From a virus, in IMG/VR virus record IMGVR_UViG_3300031787_011371, positions 9,367-73,366 of that record: a DNA stretch of 64,000 bases, one strand, 5' to 3'. Shown piece by piece: positions 10,260-21,340 of the stretch. Both the position numbers and the translations under genes were made by a program. The first letter of the stretch is position 1; each line of letters opens with the position of its first letter. Under the pieces are notes generated by a model. That model was not told the origin of the DNA, did not search any database, and was given only the letters and a program-made list of their open reading frames with translations.

Positions 10260-10892
10260 TTAAACAATTAATCTATTGTTGTTCCAAAATTCAAATGGGT
10301 TTGTTTTTTTGTTTAAATTTACAAATAAATTTTTTAATGTTATTCCATTTTCATTTGTGTCTTTTATGTATTTAGAATAATCTTCAACATCAATTTGTTT
10401 TTGATTTGATTCTATTTTAAAATTTATATAATAATTTTGATTATTATCCTCGTCAACAACCTCTATTAAATCTGTTATATTTATATAATCTCTTCTATTT
10501 CCTTCAATTAAATTAAAATTGTTGTCAGTAAAATCTATTCTAGAAGTATTTTCTAATGCGTCTCCTATTAAAATTGGATTTGGCTCAGAATTAAATCTTA
10601 TAACTTCATTATAAAAATCATTTAATATAGGAGCGACTTTATTTGGTTTATAATAAATTTCATTAAACTCAACACTATCAGTAAAGGCGCTTAAATAATC
10701 TTTGAATCTGGAAACAACTGATTGATTGTTTGGGTTATTTAAAAATTCAACAACATTATTTTCATTAACAAGAGAATTTGTTTCTATTATAGAATTATTG
10801 TAAACTAAATAATTATTAAAATTTAACAATCTACTTTCTACATTTTGTGCAGCAGCAAAAGAAGGCTTTAAAACTATTTTAAATTTTAACAT
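10260..10892 (-). CDS. Hypothetical Asn-rich protein in baseplate module
   Basis: Full ORF in operon context, no motif recognised. Confidence 0.55.
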   Translation of the reverse strand: MLKFKIVLKPSFAAAQNVESRLLNFNNYLVYNNSIIETNSLVNENNVVEFLNNPNNQSVVSRFKDYLSAFTDSVEFNEIYYKPNKVAPILNDFYNEVIRFNSEPNPILIGDALENTSRIDFTDNNFNLIEGNRRDYINITDLIEVVDEDNNQNYYINFKIESNQKQIDVEDYSKYIKDTNENGITLKNLFVNLNKKTNPFEFWNNNRLIV

Positions 10893-10894
10893 TT

Positions 10895-11215
10895 TTATCT
10901 ATTAATTGTTATTCCATATTTTTCTGCCTTTTCTTGAACAGAATTATTATTATTAGAGTTTTGTGATAAAACTGAATCTATATCTTCAAAAAAACCAAGC
11001 TCAATAAAGTATGGGTTTATAAATTGTCTTTCAACAACTAATCTTAATGGGTCAACATCAACATTAACATAGCCTTCAACTTTATTTTTCTTAAATATAG
11101 AAACTGTTATATAAAAATCTTTATCATAAGTATTTGCAATTACACCGTCACTTCTTACTATAGAACTTTCTCCTATTTTATTTAATCTTATTTGATATTT
11201 TTTAACATCTTCCAT
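10895..11215 (-). CDS. Hypothetical protein in baseplate module
   Basis: ORF with TATTTATA motif at 11220-11227 immediately upstream. Confidence 0.55.
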   Translation of the reverse strand: MEDVKKYQIRLNKIGESSIVRSDGVIANTYDKDFYITVSIFKKNKVEGYVNVDVDPLRLVVERQFINPYFIELGFFEDIDSVLSQNSNNNNSVQEKAEKYGITINR

Positions 11216-11238
11216 ATTATATAAATATATTACACAAA

Positions 11239-13446
11239 TTATAATGGTTCAACTGGCGGCAATATTGGATTTAATGAATTATTAATATCACAATATGTAT
11301 AAGTTACTGGTTCTGATTCAAATTTTGATTCTATTATTTGAGTTGTGTTATTGCTAAAATTAGAAGATAATAATGACAAAAATTGATTTGCTTGATAGTT
11401 TTGTAGCTGCCTGTATCCATTATTAAATAATAACAAACCATTAAACTTAAACGATAAAGTATTATTGCCCAAGTTGTTATTACACAAATAAAGTGGTGAC
11501 TCACTATTTTCTTCTTGATAATCATTATTTATAGTCAATCTAGTAAAGGCGTTACTCAAATTTGTAACTAGATAATATTTATTCTCTCCAATAATATCAG
11601 AAGACGGTAGAGATTGTATGTTTAAATTAAAGTCATCTACAATACTGCTTGAAAAATTTTGTAAATAATTATTATCTGAAGATAAAGTGTTTTCTATTTC
11701 TGAAAATATTATTTCATATTTTGTGTTCTGGTATCTCTTATTTAATGAATCAAAATTGTCATTAGAAGGCAAATCTATATAAAAAGGAGTGTATCCATTT
11801 TCAAATTCTTTTTCTAAAACTATTCCATTAAAACCTACTAACTTATCTTCATAAATTATATTAACTCCTTTATTTATTATTTTTATATTATACTTAAAAT
11901 TTGAAGTTATATAATATGGGCTTGGTGGGTTTGAAGAATTTATTGATTCTTGATTGTATCCAAAATTTATAGGTATGCTAGATGTAGCAGCAACATCTAG
12001 TCTAAAAATACCTTGACCTTTCTGTTCATTATTGTCTATTATATAAGTAGAATATTTTGGAATCATACTGTCTTGTATGTTTAAAATAAACTTATTTTTT
12101 ATTTCATCTATTTTAAAGTTTTGACTTGGATTTTCTAAGTAAAAAATTGCAGTTTTTTCAAACTCATAATCAAAATCGTCAAATATTTGTATATCAAAAC
12201 TAGCTATGCTTGAACCTTGAGTAAATGATATTGTCTTTCTAAATTCTGGCTGTTCATCTGTACCAGTATTCTCTAAATCTTTACCTAATATTGCAGTACT
12301 TAAGTTATTATCAAAAACAACGTCAACTGTTTGATTTGGAACATTCATTGCTTTTTCTAATTCTAAATATACCGATATAGTAGTTGCACTTTCTGTTAAT
12401 GTTTTTATTGGATTTAAAAAACCACCAACTATTGGAACATCTAGCTCATTAATATTTACTAAAAAATTATTGTTTGTTTCAGATTTTTCACAAAACTCTA
12501 AATTTCTAATACCAAAAGTAATAGTTTCTGCGCTTTCAACGAATAAATCATCTAAAAGTTCAAGTGAAATTGTTTTAAATTGTTCACCCTTTTCCCACTT
12601 CAATATTTGAGGCTCAAAATTATAGTCTTTATTTGGATTTTCTACTGTTCCATCTGATTCTATATAAACTTCAGCAGATTCTTTACCATATGAACTAGGG
12701 TAATCAAGACTAACCATAAAATCAATATTTCCAGATTCTTCTTCTACAGTAACATTATTAACATTTTCTTCCAAGTTTCTTCTGAATGATAAAAATCTTG
12801 GTCTATCAACATTTAATTCTCTTTTAATCCAATGTGTATCATATAGAAACGGATAATCATTTTCAATTCCTTGTTCATTTCCATCTAAATCAAAATCTAT
12901 TGTATCAGTACCATAAGGAATTTTATTTCCGTTTGAATCGTAAAATAAAAAAGGTATTTCTATTTCTGAGTATATTTTTTTTACAGAGTCATTTATATTT
13001 AAAATTAACGATTTTGTTTCTCCTTGATTATTAAAAAAAGGACTTAATTCAAATATAAAATAAAATGAAGATTTATTTTTTTTAAATATATTTTTACTTA
13101 AATTATTATTTTTAGATAATGGTATTGTTTTTATTTTATGAACTGTATTTCTAATAGCATTTCTTTCTATTCTTGGTGTAATTAATATATCATCATGATT
13201 TGTTTTTATTTCTATTTCAACATTATCAGCATCTGAGTATATTGAATTTAATGTACCATATAAACAAAATTTTAGAGACTGTTCTCTTTCTGTATTAAAC
13301 TGTTGAGTTAAATTAAAATTATTATCTATAATACCTTTTGTTAATTCATCAGAAGACATTGAAAGTTCTACATTCAAAAAAATATCATTATTTTCTTGAG
13401 GTAAAACATCTTTAATTCCAAGTACTATTTTTCTTTTATCCTTCAT
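11239..13446 (-). CDS. Virion structural protein with two Calx-beta-like domains
   Basis: LKWEKGEQFKTISLELLDDLFVESAETITF and ISFTQGSSIASFDIQIFDDFDYEFEKTAIFYLENP are Calx-beta signatures. Confidence 0.65.
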   Translation of the reverse strand: MKDKRKIVLGIKDVLPQENNDIFLNVELSMSSDELTKGIIDNNFNLTQQFNTEREQSLKFCLYGTLNSIYSDADNVEIEIKTNHDDILITPRIERNAIRNTVHKIKTIPLSKNNNLSKNIFKKNKSSFYFIFELSPFFNNQGETKSLILNINDSVKKIYSEIEIPFLFYDSNGNKIPYGTDTIDFDLDGNEQGIENDYPFLYDTHWIKRELNVDRPRFLSFRRNLEENVNNVTVEEESGNIDFMVSLDYPSSYGKESAEVYIESDGTVENPNKDYNFEPQILKWEKGEQFKTISLELLDDLFVESAETITFGIRNLEFCEKSETNNNFLVNINELDVPIVGGFLNPIKTLTESATTISVYLELEKAMNVPNQTVDVVFDNNLSTAILGKDLENTGTDEQPEFRKTISFTQGSSIASFDIQIFDDFDYEFEKTAIFYLENPSQNFKIDEIKNKFILNIQDSMIPKYSTYIIDNNEQKGQGIFRLDVAATSSIPINFGYNQESINSSNPPSPYYITSNFKYNIKIINKGVNIIYEDKLVGFNGIVLEKEFENGYTPFYIDLPSNDNFDSLNKRYQNTKYEIIFSEIENTLSSDNNYLQNFSSSIVDDFNLNIQSLPSSDIIGENKYYLVTNLSNAFTRLTINNDYQEENSESPLYLCNNNLGNNTLSFKFNGLLLFNNGYRQLQNYQANQFLSLLSSNFSNNTTQIIESKFESEPVTYTYCDINNSLNPILPPVEPL

Positions 13447-13451
13447 AATTA

Positions 13452-16418
13452 TTAACTAAGTCTAAAAATGCTAAATCCACCTTTAGAAGAATCAGTTCCT
13501 TTAGGTGATGCGTCAAAATATAACAACCAATTATCAGTTCTTGTTGCCTTTTCTAATATTAAACCATTTACTTCATAAGTTCCTTCTTTTCCAAAAGAGT
13601 CTTTTTCCGTTTTTTCACCATCTTTTATTTTAATGTTACCATCAGCAGTCCATACTCTAGTTATGGCATAATATACAGTTGGACTATTAGAAGCACCTGC
13701 TTGCTTGTTAAAAGTTATAAATTCTTGTTTAACTTCACCAGCGTTTTCTATTTCAGATGTCTTAAAGGCAAAAGTATAATTACAATTAGCATAATAGTTT
13801 TCATCTAAATTTAAATTAGAATTTGATTCTAACAATATAGAAGAATTACTAAAAATAGAAAATTCTTTAGTTTCTGCTGGCTTTAACATTTGTTTAACAC
13901 CATTTACAGTAACGTTACTATTTAATGAACCATTATTTCTTATTTCTATTATTACAGCTGCAGCAGGCTTCATCTCGTCCTTTTCACTTCCATATTTAAG
14001 CTTTAATTGTTGATTAACCTTTTTGTTGTTAACTAGAACATAGTTGAATTTTATTTCAGAGAATCTTTTCTTTAAAGGTGGCCTTCTTTCAGATACATCT
14101 TTTGGAGTATCATGTATTATTCTGTAAATATCTAAAGAACCTTTTTGTAGCCACTTAGGAGTTATTGAAGTGTCTAATTTCAAAGTTAAATCTTCACCCT
14201 GTCTACTCATGGCTTGGATATAAGTTGGTGGTATTAAATTTTGAGGAGCAGAAAATGCACTATTTATATCACTACTTAACATGAAATCTCCCCATCCTTG
14301 TGCATTAATTCTTCCCCATCCTTCTGGTTTAAGCCAATACATGAATCCAGCTTCTACTCTTTGATATTTTTCTCCATTTAATACATTGAATGATTTTCCT
14401 GGGAAAAGTCCTGAATGTTGTGATTTTCTAAAGCCGTTAGAATATTCTTCGTGCCAAGAAACATCATTTTCATATTTATATATTGTTTTGTTAGTTACTG
14501 CTTGAGCAAATTTATTATATATTATTTCTCCATCTTCCAAGGCCTGCATTGCACCATAGCCAGTCGATATATCTTGACCATAATAGAATCCAGCTGAATC
14601 TCCATCAAAATATCTAGGCTCTACTATATTTGAAAAATTTTTACTTTCATTTGCTTGAAAAGGTCTTGATGGTATTTGATATGGCTCTGGATAATTTATT
14701 GTCCAAGGTTTTTCGTATGGAAATTTACCTATAGAAGAGTCTTCTGGCAATCCGCTAACAGAGTCTGGTCCAAATCCTAAATTTCTATTTAAATCAAAAT
14801 GATTAGAACTCTTAGCATTATCATTTAATGAGCTTCTAACGAAACCTGTTGACCTAAAAACAGAAAAGGCGTCATTGTAGAAAAATTTAAATTCGTAAGA
14901 GCAAAGCCAAACTCCATTTGATGACCTTATTTGACTTCTTTCGCTATTTTTTGAAGCATTACCATTTGGGTCATATAGATTTGCTGGAACTTTGAAGGCT
15001 TGGAATTGATTGTTTCTAAATTCTATCTTTGGCTTTCTTGTTTTAAATTCATTAAACCATTCCAATCTCTGAGTTTGAACTCTATCAAAAACATCACTAA
15101 TTTCAACAATTTCAGATGCCAAAGGATATCCTTGTCTTGTCATATCTCTAGCTAATATTGTTAAAGGGTCGAATCTACCTGTCTCAAATAATTCTTCTAT
15201 ATTTTTCCCACCAAAAGAAATTGGAGACACAAAAAATGTTGACCACTTTCTCATGTCAAGATTGGCAGTAATATTTACTTCTGTATATCCAGTTTGAAAA
15301 TCACCCCAAGAAGAAGTAATTCCTATTGGTATTTGTCTAAAATAAAAGTGTGGTATTTTATCTACATTTGGTTCTTCTTCGGTTGCATAAGGATAAAAAT
15401 TTAAAGAAACTTCATCTTTAGTCATTCCTTGCTTTAGTAAATCTACTTCAAACATTAATATTTGATTACCTATTGGTATATCGTGTATAATAAATTCTCC
15501 TTTTTCATTAGTTATTGTTGAGTATTTATACTGTTCTGGTATATTTAATGTATTATAACTTTTTAATAAAGGTTGAAAATTTTCATAATTTAAGTCTAAA
15601 TTATTTTCACCAATTTCTTTTTTGGCATTTTCTTTTCCGACATCAAGAACATAAGATGCTATGTCAGCATAGTCTTCTGGCTTTGAGTTTTGTATTAAAT
15701 TTAACGTAACTCTATCACCAATTTCATCTACAGATGAAACGTTTGGAAAAGTATCTGAAGGGTTAAAAATTACTATTGGAACATTTGAAAGTGGAATTAA
15801 AACTCTTTCTCCGTTTTCATCTTTTACTATTTGTTTAGCATACAGAGTACCAGTAACAATACCAGTGCTTGATTCTTGATTTGGAAATTCTGATAAAGGA
15901 TTGTTTTTTACACTTAAAGTATCTAAAGTGTCAATAGTTCTATGTATGCAAATATCAACATTATAATCTTCTTGACTCTTTGTATTAAAAAATACTTTTG
16001 CAACAGCAGAATTTCCAGAGTAAGCTTTTGCTTCTAATAAAAATCTATTTTGATTAAAATTTTTTACATTATCTGGTATAATAGTTCTTCCGTTATTTTT
16101 TATTAAAAAGCCTTCTACAACATTTTCTACTTCATTATCATTTAAGAAAATAAATTGAGAAGAATATCCATCTCTTCTATAGAAAGAGTTATCTATCTTA
16201 TCTATTAATTCTACTACATTTCCGTCTTCACCTTTTAAAGCATATGCTTTTTTTCCATTTCTTTTAATAGTTTTCCAAATAGAAGTAAAGGTGCTTCTTT
16301 CTATGCCTTTTTCATCTAAAACAGCAACCATTTGACTAGTATCGGCATCAACATTTGTAAAATAAATTGACTCTTCTACAGTTCTACCAGATTTTATTTT
16401 TATTACTTCTTCTATCAT
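13452..16418 (-). CDS. Large baseplate/tail structural protein with carboxypeptidase-regulatory-like (Ig-type) domain
   Basis: GIVTGTL...PLSNVPIVIF...STITNEKGEFIIHDIPIGNQIL; 988 aa, beta-rich, in baseplate block. Confidence 0.6.
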   Translation of the reverse strand: MIEEVIKIKSGRTVEESIYFTNVDADTSQMVAVLDEKGIERSTFTSIWKTIKRNGKKAYALKGEDGNVVELIDKIDNSFYRRDGYSSQFIFLNDNEVENVVEGFLIKNNGRTIIPDNVKNFNQNRFLLEAKAYSGNSAVAKVFFNTKSQEDYNVDICIHRTIDTLDTLSVKNNPLSEFPNQESSTGIVTGTLYAKQIVKDENGERVLIPLSNVPIVIFNPSDTFPNVSSVDEIGDRVTLNLIQNSKPEDYADIASYVLDVGKENAKKEIGENNLDLNYENFQPLLKSYNTLNIPEQYKYSTITNEKGEFIIHDIPIGNQILMFEVDLLKQGMTKDEVSLNFYPYATEEEPNVDKIPHFYFRQIPIGITSSWGDFQTGYTEVNITANLDMRKWSTFFVSPISFGGKNIEELFETGRFDPLTILARDMTRQGYPLASEIVEISDVFDRVQTQRLEWFNEFKTRKPKIEFRNNQFQAFKVPANLYDPNGNASKNSERSQIRSSNGVWLCSYEFKFFYNDAFSVFRSTGFVRSSLNDNAKSSNHFDLNRNLGFGPDSVSGLPEDSSIGKFPYEKPWTINYPEPYQIPSRPFQANESKNFSNIVEPRYFDGDSAGFYYGQDISTGYGAMQALEDGEIIYNKFAQAVTNKTIYKYENDVSWHEEYSNGFRKSQHSGLFPGKSFNVLNGEKYQRVEAGFMYWLKPEGWGRINAQGWGDFMLSSDINSAFSAPQNLIPPTYIQAMSRQGEDLTLKLDTSITPKWLQKGSLDIYRIIHDTPKDVSERRPPLKKRFSEIKFNYVLVNNKKVNQQLKLKYGSEKDEMKPAAAVIIEIRNNGSLNSNVTVNGVKQMLKPAETKEFSIFSNSSILLESNSNLNLDENYYANCNYTFAFKTSEIENAGEVKQEFITFNKQAGASNSPTVYYAITRVWTADGNIKIKDGEKTEKDSFGKEGTYEVNGLILEKATRTDNWLLYFDASPKGTDSSKGGFSIFRLS

Positions 16419-16477
16419 TATTTATTTGGTTGCTCAATTAATATATTAAAACCATTAAAAAAGTCAATATTTTATTA

Positions 16478-17884
16478 TTAACTTTCAACTCTAAAATAAA
16501 TTAATTCATCAATTATTTTTTTTGTTCCCAATTCATTAATTCTTAATTCAATTTTATAATTTTGATTATCAAGTAACCAACTTGTATCTAAATCAATATA
16601 TTCTTTATTGCAATTATTTAAAACTATAGTATTGAAAGCTGTCCATGGAACTATTTCAGTTACTTCATTTTGTATCAATCTATATTCTAAACCATAATAT
16701 TCAGTTGGAGCCTTTGTACTATAAGCGACTCTTGTGTCTGCATATATTCTTATCAATTCTCCTTTTTTTAGTATTTCATTATTAGATAATCCATATAGAC
16801 TAACTGCATATTCATTTGTTTCTGTTGGAAAATTTGTATAGTAATTACCTAAAATCTGGAGCTGCTGTTCGAAGTTTTGTTGGTCAATTCCTGGATTAAA
16901 TGTAACTCCCTGCCAAACATCTTTATATTTTTGATTCTTTGTACCTCCAGTCATTAAAATGTCAACATAATAAATTCCTTTTGTTAAATGTTGTGGAGTC
17001 AATCCAGTTATAACATCTATATTAGAAATTGTTTTTATTGATACAGTTCCTGCGGAAAAATAGTTTACTGAAGTATTTCCGCTAAAAACATTTAAAAGAA
17101 GTCTTGAAGTTCTATTATTTGCCACTCTCAACCTATCATCTCTAACTATTTGATTATCATATATAACTTCTATATAAGGTTTGAAAGATGTGTTTGTTTT
17201 TTCCGTATAAAATCTCGACAAATATCTTGTTGAACCAGTATTTGACTCAAAATCAGAAGAGTATGCTATTGCTAGACCATTGTTCATGGAACCTCCACTT
17301 AACCAATCATTAACTATGTCAGTTATGTCCATATCAATATCTTCATCTCCTTTGTCAAAATGTTGAGTAGAATAATGTGTTACTGCAGTTGTACCAGTTG
17401 GGTTTGAAAATATTCCAGGCTCATCCCATAAAACTGTACTTGTTGCATAATTCCAATTAGAATAACCAGTTAAATTGGTGTCACAAAATTGAGAAATTTT
17501 TACATATTGAGTTCCCATTAAATCATATCCTCTTCCTTGGTCCCATTCTTTGTTTATTGGAAAAGTAATTAAATCAAAAGAAGATGCAATTTTATTTTCT
17601 CTTTTACTGAATTCAAAATCTGATTCTAACAATTCATCATCTGGTACAACGTTTTTTAATTTTAATCTATAAGAAGATATAAAATCAGAATTTATCTCTT
17701 TAGAATTTAATTTTTGCTGCAATTCTGCTAAATCAAATTTCAACAAATATCTAGAAATACTATTTCTTGTATTTTCTCCTCCATACCACAATAAAGCTGC
17801 TGGATTAAAGCCAGAATTAAAGTTTTCATAAAACCCAGATGCAATAGTATTGCTTTTTTCAGGATATATTCTAAATCTTCCCAT
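16478..17884 (-). CDS. DNRLRE-like-domain virion/baseplate protein
   Basis: SRYLLKFDL, WDQGRG, W..PG, MDITDIVNDWLSG..NNGLAI..RFYT...PYIEV pattern. Confidence 0.6.
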   Translation of the reverse strand: MGRFRIYPEKSNTIASGFYENFNSGFNPAALLWYGGENTRNSISRYLLKFDLAELQQKLNSKEINSDFISSYRLKLKNVVPDDELLESDFEFSKRENKIASSFDLITFPINKEWDQGRGYDLMGTQYVKISQFCDTNLTGYSNWNYATSTVLWDEPGIFSNPTGTTAVTHYSTQHFDKGDEDIDMDITDIVNDWLSGGSMNNGLAIAYSSDFESNTGSTRYLSRFYTEKTNTSFKPYIEVIYDNQIVRDDRLRVANNRTSRLLLNVFSGNTSVNYFSAGTVSIKTISNIDVITGLTPQHLTKGIYYVDILMTGGTKNQKYKDVWQGVTFNPGIDQQNFEQQLQILGNYYTNFPTETNEYAVSLYGLSNNEILKKGELIRIYADTRVAYSTKAPTEYYGLEYRLIQNEVTEIVPWTAFNTIVLNNCNKEYIDLDTSWLLDNQNYKIELRINELGTKKIIDELIYFRVES

Positions 17885-17941
17885 CTTTTATAGTTTATTT
17901 TTATTTTAAATTATATATATTATTTCATATTTATTATATAT

Positions 17942-17990
17942 GTAAATAGTTAACGAAAAAAGTCTTTATTTTTTTGATAACACTATTTAT
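17942..17990. promoter_or_regulatory. Back-to-back divergent late-promoter motifs (ACTATTTAC minus, ACTATTTAT plus)
   Basis: gtaaatagt at 17942-17950 and actatttat at 17982-17990 between divergent genes 17884(-) and 18009(+). Confidence 0.55.
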
Positions 17991-18008
17991 TTAATATTAA
18001 AAAGAAAT

Positions 18009-18407
18009 ATGGCTAAGGGTGTTAATATAAGATTTCCTTTTAAAGAAACTAATACAGGTGGTGTTTTTGATACATTAAAAACAACAGATAGCGCATTGCG
18101 TTCTGATTTAATTTCTTTACTAACAACAAGAAGAGGTCAAAGGCCTATGAGAAGCACATTATATTCACCAATATATGATTATATTATGGAGCCTTTAGAT
18201 GAATATACAAAACAAGAATTAAGTAAAGAAATAGAAGAAAAAGTTAGTGAATTTATACCTCAAATAACAATAACTAATATGTATTTTACTGAAAGAGAAG
18301 AAGAAAATTTATTAACAATAGAAATAGTCTTTAGAATTGATAGCTTTTTTGGGATTGAAGATTCTATAATACTTAATATACCAAGAGAACATGATGCCGC
18401 TTCATAA
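18009..18407 (+). CDS. Baseplate wedge protein, T4 gp25/GPW-like
   Basis: NIRFPF, SDLISLLTTRRGQRPM...IYDYIMEP...FIPQITI; next to gp6-like gene. Confidence 0.85.
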   Translation: MAKGVNIRFPFKETNTGGVFDTLKTTDSALRSDLISLLTTRRGQRPMRSTLYSPIYDYIMEPLDEYTKQELSKEIEEKVSEFIPQITITNMYFTEREEENLLTIEIVFRIDSFFGIEDSIILNIPREHDAAS

Positions 18408-18437
18408 TGAGGTAATTTAATACAACCATAATAAGAT

Positions 18438-20300
18438 ATGCCACAAATAAAAAAACAAGATTATTTAAAAAGAGATTTTGAGACAATAAGAAAAGACATT
18501 GAAAGTGTTTTAAAAGTTTATTTCCCAAATGAATGGCAAGACTTTAACGTGGCCAGTGCTGGTATGGCGTTGATAGACCTTCTTGCGTATGTTTCTGATT
18601 TATTATCATATTACACAGATAAAAGATTCAATGAATTATTTTTAGATGGAGTAAGCGAAAGGGAATCGGCAATTAGAATAGCAAAAACTTTAGGTTACAA
18701 AGTTCCAGGAGTTAGAGGTTCTTCTACATTAGTTGACATTACAATAACAGTTCCAGCCATTTCGACTGGACCTGACACTCAATATTTGCCAATATTTAGG
18801 CCAGGAGTTAGGTTTAAGGCTAACAATCAAACTTTTGAGACATTTAATCAAATTAATTTTGCTGATGACTTCTCTGAAACTGGTGCGGCTAACAGAATAA
18901 TTAATCCTATTTTTGACGCTTCTCAAAACATATTAGGATACAATATAACAAAAAGAGAATTTTGTGTAGCTGGGCAAACTACTATATATAAAAAAGTAAT
19001 TACCGAAGAAGAAGCTAATACTCCTTTTTTAGAAATATTTTTACCAGAAACAAATATTTTAGAAATTTTAGATATTATAGCAATACCTGGTACTAATATT
19101 ACTGTGCCTCCAACATATACTGATTATAAAAATCCTAATTATAAATTTTATGAAGTAGACCATTTAGCAGAAGATGAAATATTTTTAGAAGATACTGGTT
19201 CTTCTCCAAATAGTTATGCTTACGGTAGTTGGACTAAAGTAAATAAAAGATTTACAAAAGACTTCATGTCTGATGGTTCTTGTAAAATAACCTTTGGTTC
19301 TGGTACACCTGACTATGATGCTTATCAAGAATATTTAAATAATTTATCAGTAACTAATTCTGGTGAAATAAATTATCAAAAAATATTTGACAATACTTCT
19401 TTGGGAGAAAAATTGCCAGCGAATTCAACTTTGTATATAAAATATAGAGTAGGAGGAGGAGAGTCTTCAAATTTAGGGTCTAATGTTTTAAATAGTATTT
19501 CAAATATAAGTGCAGTTATAAATGGTATAGATGCAACTAAAAACGATGAAGTTTTAGCATCATCCAGAGGAACAAATATAGTTCCAGCATTAGGAGGTAA
19601 AGGTCTTCCTACTGTTGATGAAATAAGATATGCAGCATCAAGCAATTTTGCAGCACAAGAAAGATGTGTAACTTTAGAAGATTATATAGCTAGAGCAAAA
19701 CAATTGCCAGGCAAATTTGGTGCGCCATTTAGAATAAATGGAAGAGTAAATGATAATAAGGTACAACTATACGTCCTTTCAAAGGATGGAAATGGAAAGC
19801 TTACTTCTGATGCTTCTGGTTTAGTTAAAGATAATCTAGCAGAATACTTATCTAAATTTAGAATGATTAATGACTTTATAGAAATTAATAATGCTAAGTT
19901 TGTCAATTTAATGTTTGAAGTTGATTTATTTACAGATAAAAGCTTCAATTCAAATGAAATAAAATTAACAGCCTTAAATCAATTAAAAGATTTCTTTAAT
20001 ATTGATAATTGGGATATGGGTCAACATATTTACATATCTCAAATAGTTGATGTCCTAAGAGAAATACCAGGAGTTATAAATGTTACAGACATAAGAGCTT
20101 TTAATTTAGATGGAGGAAATTATTCTTCAACATTAATTTCTCAGGCAGACGGTCTTACTGAATTCTTAAGTGCTGATTCTGTAAATACTGGTACAAGAAG
20201 AACTGCAATAACATATTTAGACAATACAATATACTCTACTCCACTTTCAATGTTTGAAGTTAGATATCCAGAAGTTGATATAAGAGTTAGAACTAATTAA
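18438..20300 (+). CDS. Baseplate wedge protein, T4 gp6/baseplate J-like
   Basis: YLKRDFETIR, DFNVASAGMALIDLLAYVSDLLSYYTD, IAKTLGYK, YRVGGG..SN, AQERCVTLEDY. Confidence 0.85.
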   Translation: MPQIKKQDYLKRDFETIRKDIESVLKVYFPNEWQDFNVASAGMALIDLLAYVSDLLSYYTDKRFNELFLDGVSERESAIRIAKTLGYKVPGVRGSSTLVDITITVPAISTGPDTQYLPIFRPGVRFKANNQTFETFNQINFADDFSETGAANRIINPIFDASQNILGYNITKREFCVAGQTTIYKKVITEEEANTPFLEIFLPETNILEILDIIAIPGTNITVPPTYTDYKNPNYKFYEVDHLAEDEIFLEDTGSSPNSYAYGSWTKVNKRFTKDFMSDGSCKITFGSGTPDYDAYQEYLNNLSVTNSGEINYQKIFDNTSLGEKLPANSTLYIKYRVGGGESSNLGSNVLNSISNISAVINGIDATKNDEVLASSRGTNIVPALGGKGLPTVDEIRYAASSNFAAQERCVTLEDYIARAKQLPGKFGAPFRINGRVNDNKVQLYVLSKDGNGKLTSDASGLVKDNLAEYLSKFRMINDFIEINNAKFVNLMFEVDLFTDKSFNSNEIKLTALNQLKDFFNIDNWDMGQHIYISQIVDVLREIPGVINVTDIRAFNLDGGNYSSTLISQADGLTEFLSADSVNTGTRRTAITYLDNTIYSTPLSMFEVRYPEVDIRVRTN

Positions 20301-21340
20301 CTTGTTCTAACGTTTTTAGATAATATTTCTGTTATTTTAGCATTAACATCTTCTGCTGAACTTAAATTATCACTTGAGTTACTAACGCCTAAATATTCTT
20401 TTAAAATATTTATTTCTTCTGTTGTCCCATAAGGTTTATCTTGTGGTGTATGTTTATGATTTAAACAAAATCTTATCATAACCTTTAGAAGTTTAACTAA
20501 TTCATCTCCTAATACTAATGGATGTAATTGCTTTGCTGTATCGCCATAAGTGTTTAAGTCTGGATTTGTATTATATTCTATATTTGATGGATTTATATTT
20601 CCATTTTCATCTAATGCTCTAAACTTTCTGGAAGATGTGTTTGATGATATTAGGTTTATATTTGAACCAACTATGTTAACTTGTGAAAATGCTGGTCTTT
20701 CTAATTGGCCATTTTCGGAAACAATTTCTAAATTATCTTTTAATTGTATAAAACATTCAGTTGATGTATTTTTGGTATAAGTTTTATTATTGTAATATCC
20801 TGCAGTTATTAAAACTTCTCTTGATTTTAATGTTACATCAGCATCATTTTTTCCTCTTAAACAAATAAAATCATTGTTTGCATTATTTCTTTTGTCATCC
20901 AGATTTATATTTGTTGCATCTGATGCCCTATAACTATTTTCATTAAAAAGATTGTTAGCGGAAGCTGTACTCTCTTCTTCTGAAAAACTTCTTTTTACAC
21001 TTCTTATTGGTCCAATATAAAAACGTCTTGATGATTGGTCTTTTGGATTCTCTAATATTATATAAACCAATTCTCCTATTCTTGGCATTAGATTAACAAA
21101 ATGAGGAAATAAAGGATATGCAATTTTTGGAAGAACATCATTTCTATCTTTTCCAGGTTGCTCTTCTCCATTTTTATCATTGAAATCTATTATGGAAGCT
21201 GTTATTCTACCCATATTAGACCTATCATCATTAGATTCAACTCTCGCTAAATAAATTATTTTACCACGAGTAGTTCCATTACTGTGAAAAGAGCCTTGAC
21301 CGCCCATTATATTTAAACTATTAGCTAAATCGTTTATCAT
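20297..21340 (-). CDS. Baseplate hub/central spike protein (gp5/GpV-like OB-fold N-terminus)
   Basis: ARVESNDD..NMGRITA, PLFP...MPRIGELVYI (OB fold); PLVLGD.L and HKH metal-binding apex motif near the C-term. Confidence 0.65.
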   Translation of the reverse strand: MINDLANSLNIMGGQGSFHSNGTTRGKIIYLARVESNDDRSNMGRITASIIDFNDKNGEEQPGKDRNDVLPKIAYPLFPHFVNLMPRIGELVYIILENPKDQSSRRFYIGPIRSVKRSFSEEESTASANNLFNENSYRASDATNINLDDKRNNANNDFICLRGKNDADVTLKSREVLITAGYYNNKTYTKNTSTECFIQLKDNLEIVSENGQLERPAFSQVNIVGSNINLISSNTSSRKFRALDENGNINPSNIEYNTNPDLNTYGDTAKQLHPLVLGDELVKLLKVMIRFCLNHKHTPQDKPYGTTEEINILKEYLGVSNSSDNLSSAEDVNAKITEILSKNVRTS

